NCBI GenBank assembly: GCA_963798215.1
Contig: CAWCSP010000004.1
Span: forward strand, 702,159-766,158
DNA length: 64,000 nt
From: an uncultured Acidobacteriota bacterium
Lineage (GTDB): Bacteria; Acidobacteriota; Thermoanaerobaculia; UBA5066
Direction of reading: 5' to 3'
The translations under genes and the position numbers were made by a program. This document shows, one piece after another, positions 8,790-17,771 of this stretch. How positions within the stretch are numbered: the stretch's first letter is position 1; each line of letters opens with the position of its first letter. Under the pieces are notes generated by a model, which was not told the DNA's origin, searched no databases, and saw nothing but the letters and a program-made list of their open reading frames with translations.

Positions 8790-11700
8790 TCACGCTTCTT
8801 CCTCCTCCGCGGGCGGGGTGCCCGCGGCCTTGACGTACATGTAGTAGAGCAGCGGGATCACGACGAGGGTCAGGGCGGTCGCGACGACGACGCCCGAGAT
8901 GAGCGCTACCGCGAGGCCCTGGAAGATCGGGTCGAGGAGGATGACGGCGCCGCCCGCGACGAGGGCCAGGGCGGTCAGGACGATGGGACGGAACCGAACG
9001 GCTCCCGCCTTCACGACGGCCTCCTCGAGCGGCTCGCCCGCGGCGAGCTCGAGGTTGATGAAGTCCACGAGCAGGATCGAGTTTCTCACGATGATGCCGG
9101 CGAGCGCGATGAACCCGATCATCGAGGTCGCCGTGAAGAAGACGCCGAACGCCGCGTGCGCCGGCAGGATGCCGATCAGCGTGAGCGGAATCGGCGCCAT
9201 GATGATGAGGGGCGTGACGAACGACCGGAACCACCCCACGACGAGGACGTAGATCAGGACGAGGACGGCCCCGAAGGCGATCCCCATGTCCCGGAAGACC
9301 TCGACCGTGACGTGCCACTCGCCGTCCCACTTCAGGGCGTAGCGGTTCGAGTCGGTCGGGAGCGACGTGTTGAAGATCTCGAGCGGCCGGCCGTCGGGCC
9401 CGCGGAGGGCCGCGATGCGGCTCTTCATGTCGAGGATGCCGTAGATCGGGGCCTCGGCGACGCCCGCCATCTCGGCGAGGACGTACGTCACCGGCTGCAG
9501 GTTCTTGTGGTAGATGAACGGCGCCCGCGTCCCGTCGGTCACGGTCACGAGCTCGCGGATCGGGATGAGCTTCCCGGTCATGGAGGGCACGGTCGTCGCC
9601 AGGAGTCCCTCGAGACTGGAGCGCTGGGAGCGGTCGAGCCTGAGGACGATGGGAACGGCCTCGCGGGCGGCGTCCACGTGGAGGAGGCCCGCGTCCATCC
9701 CGTCGAGCGCGATCCGGAGCGTCTTGACGACGACCTCGGGCGTCACGCCGCTTCGCATGGCCTTCTCGCGGTCGATCGAGACCTCGATCTTCGGAGAGGC
9801 GGCCTCGACGAGCCAATCCGTGTCGACGACGCCAGGGGTCGACTCGAAGATTCCGCGGACTTCCTTCGCGAGCGCGATCCGGCGGCCCGCGTCGGGGCCG
9901 TAGACCTCGGCGACCATGGTCGAGAGGACCGGCGGGCCCGGAGGCACTTCGGTGACCTTCACGTTCGCGCCGAGGCGCCTGGCCGCGGGAGCGATCAGGT
10001 TGCGGATCTCCTTTGCCGTCGTGTGGCTGTCCTTCGACCGCTCGTGCTTGGACGCGAGGTTGACCTGCAGGTCCGCGACGAGAGGCCCCGACCTCAGGAA
10101 GTAGTGCCGCACGAGGCCGTTGAAGTTGAAGGGGGCGGACGTGCCGGCGTAGACCTCGACGTCGGCGACCTCGGGCTGCGTCTTGACGAGGACGGCGAGC
10201 TCGCGCGCGGCCGCGGCGGTCGCCTCGAGCGTCGTGCCCTCGGGCATGTCGATGATGACCTGCAGCTCGCTCTTGTTGTCGTAAGGGAGCATCTTGACCT
10301 TGACGCCCCGGACGACGAAGAGACTGCAGGACAGGAGGAGCAGGACGACGACGCCTCCGAGGAGGGCCCAACGGCGCGCCGGGCGCGTGAGGAGCGGCGT
10401 GAAGAGCTTCCGGTAGAACCGCAGGAGGCGGTCCTCGGCCGGAGCCTCGGCGCCCGCCTGGAAGTGAGCCTCGCCCTTGAGGTGCGCCTCGGCGAACTTG
10501 CGGAAGAGGCGGAACGTGAGCCACGGCGAGACGACGAACGCCACGAGGAGCGAGAAGACCATCGCGGCCGAGGCGTTCACGGGAATCGGGCGCATGTACG
10601 GGCCCATGAGTCCCGACACGAACGCGAGCGGGAGGAGGGCGGCGACGACCGCGAACGTCGCGAGGATCGTCGGGTTGCCGACCTCGTCGACCGCGTAGAC
10701 GGTCGCGAGGCGCGGGTCGCCCCAGCCGAGCTCGTAGTGGCGGTGGACGTTCTCGACCACGACGATCGCGTCGTCCACGAGGATGCCGATCGCGAAGATG
10801 AGGGCGAAGAGCGTGACGCGGTTCAGCGTGTACCCGAAGAGGTACGACGCGAAGAGCGTCAGCGCGAGCGTCGCGGGGACGGCGACGAGGACGACGACGG
10901 CCTCCCGGCGGCCCAGGAACAGCGCCATGAGGACGACGACGGAAAGCGTCGCGAGGCCTACGTGGAAGATGAGCTCGGACGACTTTTCGTCGGCCGTCTT
11001 GCCGTAGTCGCGCGTCTTCGTCACGGTGACGTTCGACGGGACGACGGGGCCCTTGAGGCGCTCGAGGCGCGCGTCCAGGTCCTTGACGAGCTCGACGGCG
11101 TTCGTGCCCGGCTTCTTTGCGACGGCGAGCGTCACGGCGGGCGCATCGTCGCCGGCCTTCGTGAGCATCCACGCGTACTGGGAAGGCTCCTCGGGGCCGT
11201 CCGAGACGGTCGCGACGTCCTTGAGCCAGACGGGCTTGCCGTTCACGACGCCGATCACGGCCGAGCCGACGTCCTCGGCGCGGCGGAAGAGCGAGCCCAC
11301 CTCGACGGGGACCTCGGCGTTGCCCGAGGCGAAGCTGCCCGCCGGGAGGCGCCAGTTGAGGCCCGACAGCGCGCCGTACGCCTGGACGAGCGACACGCCG
11401 TACGAGGCGAGCCGGTCGCGGTCGAACGTCACGTTCACCGCGCGGCGCGCGCCGCCGAGGACGGTGACCTGCGCGACGCGCGGGTGCCGCGTGAAGTCGG
11501 CCTTCACCTCGTCGGCGATCTGCCGGAGCTGCATTGCGCTCGCGTCCTTCGACCAGAGCGTGTAGGCCGCGACGGGCACGTCGTCGATCCCGCGCGGGGC
11601 CACGACGGGCGGCAGGGCGCCCGGCGGAAGGTTCGGCTGGAGCTCGGCGAGCTTCGCGTGGACGCGGACGACGGCCTGGTCGGGGTCCGTCCCGACGAGG

Positions 11701-12062
11701 AACCGCACGATCACGATGCCACCCGAGGGTTGCGACGTGGAGTAGATGTAGTCGACGTTCGGGATCTGGTAGAGCGCCTTCTCCACGGGGGAGACGACGC
11801 GCTGCTCGACCTCCTCGGCCGTCGCGCCCGGAAGCGCGACGAAGACGTCGATCATCGGGACCTTGATCTGGGGCTCCTCCTCGCGCGGTGTGATGAGGAG
11901 CGCGAACGCCCCGAGCAGGAGCGACGCGACGACGAGGAGCGGCGTCAGCTTGGACTCGAGGAACGCCTTCGCGATCCGGCCCGAGGCGCCGAGCGGCCGG
12001 CGCGTCATCTTCCGGTGGAGGATCTCGCGGGCGCTCGGCCCTTGGGGGGTGGGCTCGGTCAC
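8790..12062 (-). CDS. efflux RND transporter permease subunit (AcrB/CzcA superfamily)
   Basis: 1090 aa with 12 TM helices, two large periplasmic loops and a VDDAIVVVENV motif. Confidence 0.9.
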   Translation of the reverse strand: MTEPTPQGPSAREILHRKMTRRPLGASGRIAKAFLESKLTPLLVVASLLLGAFALLITPREEEPQIKVPMIDVFVALPGATAEEVEQRVVSPVEKALYQIPNVDYIYSTSQPSGGIVIVRFLVGTDPDQAVVRVHAKLAELQPNLPPGALPPVVAPRGIDDVPVAAYTLWSKDASAMQLRQIADEVKADFTRHPRVAQVTVLGGARRAVNVTFDRDRLASYGVSLVQAYGALSGLNWRLPAGSFASGNAEVPVEVGSLFRRAEDVGSAVIGVVNGKPVWLKDVATVSDGPEEPSQYAWMLTKAGDDAPAVTLAVAKKPGTNAVELVKDLDARLERLKGPVVPSNVTVTKTRDYGKTADEKSSELIFHVGLATLSVVVLMALFLGRREAVVVLVAVPATLALTLFASYLFGYTLNRVTLFALIFAIGILVDDAIVVVENVHRHYELGWGDPRLATVYAVDEVGNPTILATFAVVAALLPLAFVSGLMGPYMRPIPVNASAAMVFSLLVAFVVSPWLTFRLFRKFAEAHLKGEAHFQAGAEAPAEDRLLRFYRKLFTPLLTRPARRWALLGGVVVLLLLSCSLFVVRGVKVKMLPYDNKSELQVIIDMPEGTTLEATAAAARELAVLVKTQPEVADVEVYAGTSAPFNFNGLVRHYFLRSGPLVADLQVNLASKHERSKDSHTTAKEIRNLIAPAARRLGANVKVTEVPPGPPVLSTMVAEVYGPDAGRRIALAKEVRGIFESTPGVVDTDWLVEAASPKIEVSIDREKAMRSGVTPEVVVKTLRIALDGMDAGLLHVDAAREAVPIVLRLDRSQRSSLEGLLATTVPSMTGKLIPIRELVTVTDGTRAPFIYHKNLQPVTYVLAEMAGVAEAPIYGILDMKSRIAALRGPDGRPLEIFNTSLPTDSNRYALKWDGEWHVTVEVFRDMGIAFGAVLVLIYVLVVGWFRSFVTPLIIMAPIPLTLIGILPAHAAFGVFFTATSMIGFIALAGIIVRNSILLVDFINLELAAGEPLEEAVVKAGAVRFRPIVLTALALVAGGAVILLDPIFQGLAVALISGVVVATALTLVVIPLLYYMYVKAAGTPPAEEEEA

Positions 12063-13210
12063 CGGGCGCTTCCTTTCGCGGCGGCGTCCTTCGGATCGGA
12101 AACGGGCGCGCCGTCGGCGGGCGGAGCCGAGAGGCCGACGAGGACCGTCTCGCCGCCCGAGAGTCCGGACAGGATCTCGACCTTTCCTCCCGAGACGGCG
12201 CCGGTCGTGACGGCGCGAGTGCGCGCCTTGCCCGCATCGTCCTTGACGGCGACGAGGCTGACGCCGCCGCTCGCGAGGACGGCGCTCTCCGGGACGAGGA
12301 TCGAAGGCCGGGGCGCGCCGTCGAGGAAGGCGCGGCCGGTGAGGCCGGTCGCCAGCGGACCGCCGGGCAGCTCGAGAGTCGCGGTGTACGTGTGGCTGCC
12401 CGGGTCGGCGCCGGGCGACATCTCGACGACGGTGCCCGTCATGTCGGCGGCGACGCCGTCGATCCGGACGGAGAGCTTCTGGCCGGTCTTGAGGCCCGAC
12501 GCGGCGACGGTGCCCGCCGGGACCTGGACGACGAGCCGGCGGCCCGTGGCGGACTCGACGACGACGAGCGGGCGGCCCGGGGCCGCGAGGTCGCCGGCCT
12601 CGACGAGGCGGGCGGAGACACGGCCTGCGAAGGGCGCCGTCACGCGGGACTCGCGTGCGACGGAGGAGGCTGCTTCCACCGCGCCTTCGCCCTGCTCGAC
12701 GGCGCCCTTCGCCTGCTCGTACTGCATCCGGGTCATGTCGAGCTCGAGCGCGGACGCCGAGCCGGAGGCCGCGAGGCCCTTGTAGCGCTCGTAGTTGCGC
12801 TCGGCGAGGGAGAGCGCGGCACGGGCCTGCGCGAGAGCGCCCTTGGCCTGAGCGACCTGTCCGCTCGCGGTCGCGGCGTCGATCTCGACGAGGACGTCGC
12901 CCGCGGCCACGGACTGGCCGACGCGGGCGGGGACGGCGACGACGTTCGCCATCACGCGCGAGGACACGGCGGCCGACCGGTCGGCGGTCACGGTGCCGTA
13001 TAAAGTCAGACGGTCGGGCAGCGAGGCCCGCTCGACCAGCGCTGTGGCTGCCGCAACGGCGGGAATTTCTTTCTTAGAAGGTGAATGAGTGCCTCCGCAG
13101 CCGAGAAGGGTCCCGGCAGCGACGAGACCTCCCACCACCTTCGAAGAAAATCCGAATCCGGTCTTCTTCCGATCTTTCTCCCTCAAAGAAAATCCGAATC
13201 CTTCTTTCAT
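12059..13210 (-). CDS. efflux RND periplasmic adaptor (membrane fusion protein), lipoprotein
   Basis: 383-aa C-terminal part of ORF 12059..14395(-) from ATG 13210. LLGCGG lipobox; HlyD-like body. The N-terminal 28 aa (MKEGFGFSLREKDRKKTGFGFSSK) are encoded by AT-rich repeat DNA, and a GTG at 13138 is an alternative start. The 4-nt overlap with the RND gene suggests translational coupling. Confidence 0.8.
   Translation of the reverse strand: MKEGFGFSLREKDRKKTGFGFSSKVVGGLVAAGTLLGCGGTHSPSKKEIPAVAAATALVERASLPDRLTLYGTVTADRSAAVSSRVMANVVAVPARVGQSVAAGDVLVEIDAATASGQVAQAKGALAQARAALSLAERNYERYKGLAASGSASALELDMTRMQYEQAKGAVEQGEGAVEAASSVARESRVTAPFAGRVSARLVEAGDLAAPGRPLVVVESATGRRLVVQVPAGTVAASGLKTGQKLSVRIDGVAADMTGTVVEMSPGADPGSHTYTATLELPGGPLATGLTGRAFLDGAPRPSILVPESAVLASGGVSLVAVKDDAGKARTRAVTTGAVSGGKVEILSGLSGGETVLVGLSAPPADGAPVSDPKDAAAKGSAR
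13064..13148. repeat. inverted pair of the AT-rich motif TTTCTTAGAAGGTGAA (13071-13085, forward) and CACCTTCGAAGAA (13136-13148, reverse) inside the adaptor gene 5' region
   Basis: Read by eye from the sequence. The same 15-mer, ttcttagaaggtgaa, recurs at 62818-62832. Confidence 0.5.
13144..13201. repeat. 16-nt direct repeat aagaaaatccgaatcc x2 (13144-13159 and 13186-13201, period 42)
   Basis: Exact copies read from the sequence. They encode the GFGFS...GFGFS repeats in the N-terminal extension of the adaptor protein. Confidence 0.6.
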
Positions 13211-13230
13211 TTCTTCCTTCCTGGTCCTTC

Positions 13231-14613
13231 TCACTTCGTGTCTCCGTTCAATGCCGTTTCGGGGCGGCGCCCCGCCTTGACGGCGAGCGTCAGCGCCGCC
13301 GTGTGCGCGTCGGCCCGGGCGACCAGCTCGCGCGTCTCCGCCTCGCGGCGGGCCGTGGTGGCGTCCAGGAGATCGAGCGTCTTCACGACGCCCGCCCGGA
13401 ACCTCTCTTCGGTGATGCGCTCGGCCTCGCGGGCCGAATCGAGCGCTTTCTTCGCGGTCTCGTGCCGGGCCTGGGCCGTCCGGGCCTCCTCCCAGGCCTG
13501 CCGGACCTCGAGGCGGACGCCGTCGGCGAACCGGGCGACGTCCTCGCGGCCCGCACGGGCCTCCTCGCGCGCCGCGATGGCGGCGGCGCGGTCGCTGCCG
13601 CCCGCGAACACGTTCCACGTCGCGACGGCCGTGATCGAGCCCGACGTGCCCGTCGACCCGAACGGCGTGTCGCCATAGAGCTCGCCCTTGGCGACGAGCG
13701 CCAGCTTCGGCCAGATCGGGGCCTTCTTCACCTGTTCCTCGAGCTCTCCGGCCGCGAGGAGCTTCTTCGCCGAGCCGAGGTCCGCGCGCGTGGCGGCCGT
13801 CGCGAGCCAGCCGTCGACGGGCGAGGCGACGGGACGCGGGTCGGGCAGGGGCGAGAGCGCCCAGGACGTCTCGCCGGGGGCGCCGAGGCGGAACGCGAGG
13901 TTCGCGTTCGCGATCCTCACGCGGCCGTCCGCCTCCGTCACGAGGTCGTCCATCCGGGCGAGCTCGACCTCGGCCCTCAGGAGCTCCGAGCGCACGAGCA
14001 TGCCCTGCGCGACGTAGTCGCCGGCCAGCTTGACGTGCGCGGCGACCGTGTCGCGCGACTTGTGGAGCAGCGACGCGTACTCCTCGGCCTGGGCGACCAT
14101 GACGTAAGCCTCGGCGGCCGCGAGGGCCGCGTTGTCGGCGACCCACGAGGTCGTCTCCGACGCCGACGCGGCGGCGAGCTTCGCCTGGTCGATCCGGCCC
14201 GAGAGCTCTCCGCCCGTGAAAAGGGGGAGGACGACCTCGGCGCGCGTGATCCCGGTATTCAGGGGCGAGGCGTCGTTCGGGTTCGAGGCGACGAACTCCG
14301 GGAACGAGAAGACGCCCTGGTTGAGCTTCAGGGCGAAGACCTCGGCGGGATTGTTCGTGCGCATCCAGAGGGCGGTCAGGTTCACGGACGGCCACCGGAA
14401 GCCCTTCGCCTGCGAGGCGCGGGCCTCGGCCGCGCCCTGGCGGGCCTGCGCCGCCGTGACCTCGCGGGCATTTTCCCGGGCTTTCTGCATCGCGTCCGCG
14501 AGCGTCAGGGTCGGGTCCGGTCCGGTTCCGGACCCGGCCCGGGCGAAGGAGGGTGCCGCGAGGGCGGCCGCCACGAGGACGATCCGGGCGGCTGCACGGG
14601 TCTTGTCATTCAT
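13231..14613 (-). CDS. TolC-family outer membrane efflux protein
   Basis: 460 aa with a signal peptide and two OEP repeats; sits in an operon with the adaptor and RND genes. Confidence 0.8.
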   Translation of the reverse strand: MNDKTRAAARIVLVAAALAAPSFARAGSGTGPDPTLTLADAMQKARENAREVTAAQARQGAAEARASQAKGFRWPSVNLTALWMRTNNPAEVFALKLNQGVFSFPEFVASNPNDASPLNTGITRAEVVLPLFTGGELSGRIDQAKLAAASASETTSWVADNAALAAAEAYVMVAQAEEYASLLHKSRDTVAAHVKLAGDYVAQGMLVRSELLRAEVELARMDDLVTEADGRVRIANANLAFRLGAPGETSWALSPLPDPRPVASPVDGWLATAATRADLGSAKKLLAAGELEEQVKKAPIWPKLALVAKGELYGDTPFGSTGTSGSITAVATWNVFAGGSDRAAAIAAREEARAGREDVARFADGVRLEVRQAWEEARTAQARHETAKKALDSAREAERITEERFRAGVVKTLDLLDATTARREAETRELVARADAHTAALTLAVKAGRRPETALNGDTK

Positions 14614-14684
14614 AGATTTCTCTTATATAACTATATATCGATTGAAGTCAACCGGCTTGAACGCCGGACGACAAGGAGAAAACG
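14614..14684. promoter_or_regulatory. AT-rich divergent promoter region with tandem TATATA hexamers (ttatataactatatat)
   Basis: A 71-nt AT-rich island in 70% GC DNA, lying between the tolC-like gene and the DUF2892 gene; SD aaggag precedes the DUF2892 ATG. Confidence 0.3.
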
Positions 14685-14915
14685 ATGACTCTCAACGACG
14701 CCCTCCGCGGACTCGGCGGCTTCTTCACCCTGGTCTCCGTCGCCCTCGGCTACTGGGTCCACCCCGCGTTCTTCCTCTTCACCGCCTTCGTCGGCGCGAA
14801 CCTGCTCCAGAGCGCCTTCACGAAGACGTGTCCGATGGTCCCGATCCTGAGAAAGGCGGGCCTGACGGACACGCTGCCTGCGGCGAAGGCGCCCGGTTAC
14901 GGCGACGCCGGATGA
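14685..14915 (+). CDS. DUF2892 (YgaP-like) small inner-membrane protein
   Basis: 76 aa with two TM segments and a conserved CP motif (TKTCPMVPILRKAGL); good SD upstream. Confidence 0.6.
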   Translation: MTLNDALRGLGGFFTLVSVALGYWVHPAFFLFTAFVGANLLQSAFTKTCPMVPILRKAGLTDTLPAAKAPGYGDAG

Positions 14916-15367
14916 AATACGACGTCTCGTTTCCCGGCGGCGTCGCGGTCGAGGCGACTGCGAAGGGCCACATCGTGAGGACGGACCAGCCGGCGCCGCT
15001 CGGCGCGGATTCCGCCCCGGCCCCGTTCGACGTCTTCATCGCCTCGATCGCGACGTGCATGGGCTTCTACGCCCTGCGCTTCTGTCAGGAGCGCGGGATC
15101 CCGACCGAGCGGCTCGGCCTCTCCCTCGAGACCGTTCGCGACGAGGAGAGAAAGCGCCTGTCCTCGATCGACGTCTCGATGACGCTCCCCCCGGACTTTC
15201 CCGAGAAGTACCGGCAGGCGATCGCCCGGGCCGTCGACCAGTGCGCGGTCAAGAAGCACATGCTCGAAGCGCCGGCGTTTTCGCTGAAGATCGAGCCGTG
15301 GCGTCAGACGGGCCCGAACAGCCCCCAGGCGAGCGCGGCGAGGACCGCGAGCGTGATGCCGACGTAG
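14912..15367 (+). CDS. OsmC/Ohr family peroxiredoxin-like protein
   Basis: C-terminal part of ORF 14132..15367 from ATG 14912 (ATGA overlap with the DUF2892 stop). Contains ...PFDVFIASIATCMGFYALRFCQERGI... with the two OsmC cysteines. Confidence 0.7.
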   Translation: MKYDVSFPGGVAVEATAKGHIVRTDQPAPLGADSAPAPFDVFIASIATCMGFYALRFCQERGIPTERLGLSLETVRDEERKRLSSIDVSMTLPPDFPEKYRQAIARAVDQCAVKKHMLEAPAFSLKIEPWRQTGPNSPQASAARTASVMPT

Positions 15368-15681
15368 AGCCGGTCCTTCTCGCGGGTGAACTCGACGAGG
15401 CAGAGCGCCACGCGCGCGACGGGAGTCGCGAGGAGGAGAAGGACGCCGATCTGCATGATGCCGCGCGGATCGCCGCGCGCCGCGTCGCCGATCGCGCCCG
15501 TGATCGTCCGGAACGCCGCGGGCTCGCCCCGGAACACGTGGAAATCGGCGTGCCGCCCGCCCTCCCGCAGGAGGAACGGGATGAGGCCGAGAGCGATCAC
15601 GGCGCTCGCGACGATCATGCCGAGACGCAGGATCCCGCCGACCTCGAGCGCGAGGCGGCGCTCGCTGCGCCCGACCGTCAC
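15304..15681 (-). CDS. DUF1634 membrane protein
   Basis: 125 aa from GTG 15681 overlapping the TauE stop (GTGA). Hydrophobic segments. The DUF1634 family assignment rests on DUF1634/TauE gene adjacency recalled from memory, not on a recognised motif. Confidence 0.55.
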   Translation of the reverse strand: MTVGRSERRLALEVGGILRLGMIVASAVIALGLIPFLLREGGRHADFHVFRGEPAAFRTITGAIGDAARGDPRGIMQIGVLLLLATPVARVALCLVEFTREKDRLYVGITLAVLAALAWGLFGPV

Positions 15682-16514
15682 ACGGCCCCCCGCAGCCCCT
15701 GGGTGATCATCTGGATTCCCATCACGAGGACGACGGCCGTGAAGACGATCCTCAGAATCGTCGAGCGCGTCCTCGTGAGGATGCGCGCGCCAAGCGCCGA
15801 GCCCGCGACGACGCCGAGGACGACGGGTGCGGCGAGCACCGGATCGATGTACCCCCGGCCGAAGTAAACGCCCGCGCTTGCCGCGGCCGTCACGCCGATC
15901 ATGAAGTTGCTCGTCGTCGTCGAGACCTTGTAGGGGAGACCGAGGACGTTGTCCATCGAGAGGACCTTGAGCGCCCCCGAACCGATCCCGAGGAGGCCCG
16001 ACACCGCGCCCGCCACGATCATCAGGAGCCATGCGTACGGCACGTGGCGCGGGAAGTAGGTCTGCTCGCCGGTGAGCGAGGGAAAGGAGCCGTTCAGCTT
16101 GAGGCGCGTCGCGATGGGGTCGGGGGAGCGGTTTCCCGGCCCCGCGACGTGCCCGTGCCACGAGAACGCGGTCGAGCCGAGGAGGACGACGCCGAAGATC
16201 ACGGCGATCGCGGACGTCGGCGTCCACGCCGCGAGGTACGCGCCGAGGAGCGCGCCGAGCGTCGTCGCGATCTCGAAGAAGAGGCCGATTCTCACGTTCG
16301 AGAAGCCCTCGCGCACGTACGCGGCGGCCGCGCCGCTCGACGTCGCGATCACGGCGACGAGAGCCGTCCCGATCGCGTACTTGATGTCGACGCCGAGGCC
16401 GAGGGTCAGGAGCGGAACGAGAACGACGCCGCCGCCGAGGCCCGTGAGCGCGCCTACGAAACCCGCGGCCGCCGCGCCGCCGAAGAGAAGCGCCGTGAAG
16501 CCGAGGACGTTCAC
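15678..16514 (-). CDS. sulfite exporter TauE/SafE family permease (DUF81)
   Basis: 278 aa from GTG 16514; duplicated 4-TM halves with Gly-rich motifs GALTGLGGGVVLVP and GLLGIGSGALKV. Confidence 0.75.
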   Translation of the reverse strand: MNVLGFTALLFGGAAAAGFVGALTGLGGGVVLVPLLTLGLGVDIKYAIGTALVAVIATSSGAAAAYVREGFSNVRIGLFFEIATTLGALLGAYLAAWTPTSAIAVIFGVVLLGSTAFSWHGHVAGPGNRSPDPIATRLKLNGSFPSLTGEQTYFPRHVPYAWLLMIVAGAVSGLLGIGSGALKVLSMDNVLGLPYKVSTTTSNFMIGVTAAASAGVYFGRGYIDPVLAAPVVLGVVAGSALGARILTRTRSTILRIVFTAVVLVMGIQMITQGLRGAV

Positions 16515-17233
16515 GCGGCGGGCTCCGGGGACGGGTCGGCGAGGATCCCCGAGAGTCTCGCGACGACTTCCGCGCCCGCGTGCCTGTCGTACGGCGCGGC
16601 GTAGAAGGCGTCGAGGTCCATCGGGGGATGGAGCGTCAGGTGGCACTTCCGGAGGACCTTGCCCGGGATCTGCCGGTAGAGGAGCAGCCGGCGGAACCCG
16701 TCCACGCGCACGGGGACCGCGGTCGCCTTCGTCCGGTGGAGGAGCTGGGCGACGCCGGGCCTGAGCGGAGCGCCCTTCTGCGTCGTCCCGGCGGGGAAAT
16801 GGAGCAGCCAGCCGTTCGCGATCGCTTCCTCGACCTTCGCGACGCCCTCGAGGTCCACGGAGCGCTTCACGTCGCGCCCGCCTTCGCGGAAGCTGCGCCT
16901 GAAGGTGACGGCGCCCGCCTTCGTGAAGAGCCGCATCGCGAGGTTCTTCTGCATCGTCTCCGTCGCCGCCGAGAAACGCGTGAAGGGGTTTTCGAGCGGC
17001 AGCGCGTGCTTGACGTAGACGAGGTCGAAGAACGCGATCGCCTCCATGAAGTACGTCTGGTGGTTGGACAGGAAGACGACGTTCTTCCGCGGAAGCGTGT
17101 CCAGAATCGCGTCGCCCGTCGCGTGGACGCGGTTCAGGAGGCGGAAGTACGGCAGCGTGAACCCGAACGCGAAGCCCGAGATGAGTCCGCGGCGGATCCA
17201 TCGGTCGAAGAACGACTGTTCCAGCGAGGCCAT
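16511..17233 (-). CDS. lysophospholipid acyltransferase (PlsC-like) family protein
   Basis: 240 aa with an NHQTYFMEA motif near the N-terminus. This is an imperfect match to the PlsC HX4D motif. Confidence 0.55.
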   Translation of the reverse strand: MASLEQSFFDRWIRRGLISGFAFGFTLPYFRLLNRVHATGDAILDTLPRKNVVFLSNHQTYFMEAIAFFDLVYVKHALPLENPFTRFSAATETMQKNLAMRLFTKAGAVTFRRSFREGGRDVKRSVDLEGVAKVEEAIANGWLLHFPAGTTQKGAPLRPGVAQLLHRTKATAVPVRVDGFRRLLLYRQIPGKVLRKCHLTLHPPMDLDAFYAAPYDRHAGAEVVARLSGILADPSPEPAA

Positions 17234-17261
17234 GTTTACGCGATTGTAAGGGGACCCCGGC

Positions 17262-17771
17262 TCAGGCGCCGGAGGCCCTCTCGATGCCCCAGACGACGAG
17301 GTCCGTCGCCTTCGGCGCGTGCCCGAGGCGGCGCAGCATCGAGGAGATCTGCCCGCGGTGATACGTCTGGTGGTTCACGACGTGCCACACGACGACGCCG
17401 AAATTCGCAGTCTTGAGCTCACCTTTGAGGTTCTTCCACGAGAAGGGCCCCGCGAGGCGCGCCGCGTCGTACGTCGGGAGAAGGGCCGCGTGCTTCTCCT
17501 GCGCCGCGAGCAGGACGCGGACGGCGTCGTCGAGAGTGGGCAGGTCGTGGATGGTCGGGAGGCGCGTCGCGTCTTTCCCGGCGAAGCGCTCGGCCCATGC
17601 GTCCGTCGCGCCCGCGATGTGGACGAACGTGGCCCTCAGCGACGGCCAGCCCCCGCCCTGCTCTTTCTCGTAGTCGTGCTCCGGGATGGTCCGGAGGGCC
17701 TCGACGACGCGCGCGTTCGCCCAGACGTTGAAGGCGTAAAGGGACGCGAGGTCGTCCGGAGGAAACGTCAT
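17262..17771 (-). CDS. DinB/YfiT-like family protein
   Basis: 169 aa from ATG 17771 (ATGA overlap with the FAH gene); HVVNHQTYHRGQI metal-binding triad motif. Confidence 0.65.
   Translation of the reverse strand: MTFPPDDLASLYAFNVWANARVVEALRTIPEHDYEKEQGGGWPSLRATFVHIAGATDAWAERFAGKDATRLPTIHDLPTLDDAVRVLLAAQEKHAALLPTYDAARLAGPFSWKNLKGELKTANFGVVVWHVVNHQTYHRGQISSMLRRLGHAPKATDLVVWGIERASGA

Noticed and set aside
12059-14395. 778-aa ORF suggesting a very long adaptor protein
   Set aside because: Only the C-terminal 383 aa from ATG 13210 look like an HlyD-family lipoprotein. The upstream part is Arg/Gly-rich junk that overlaps the tolC-like gene on the same strand in another frame.
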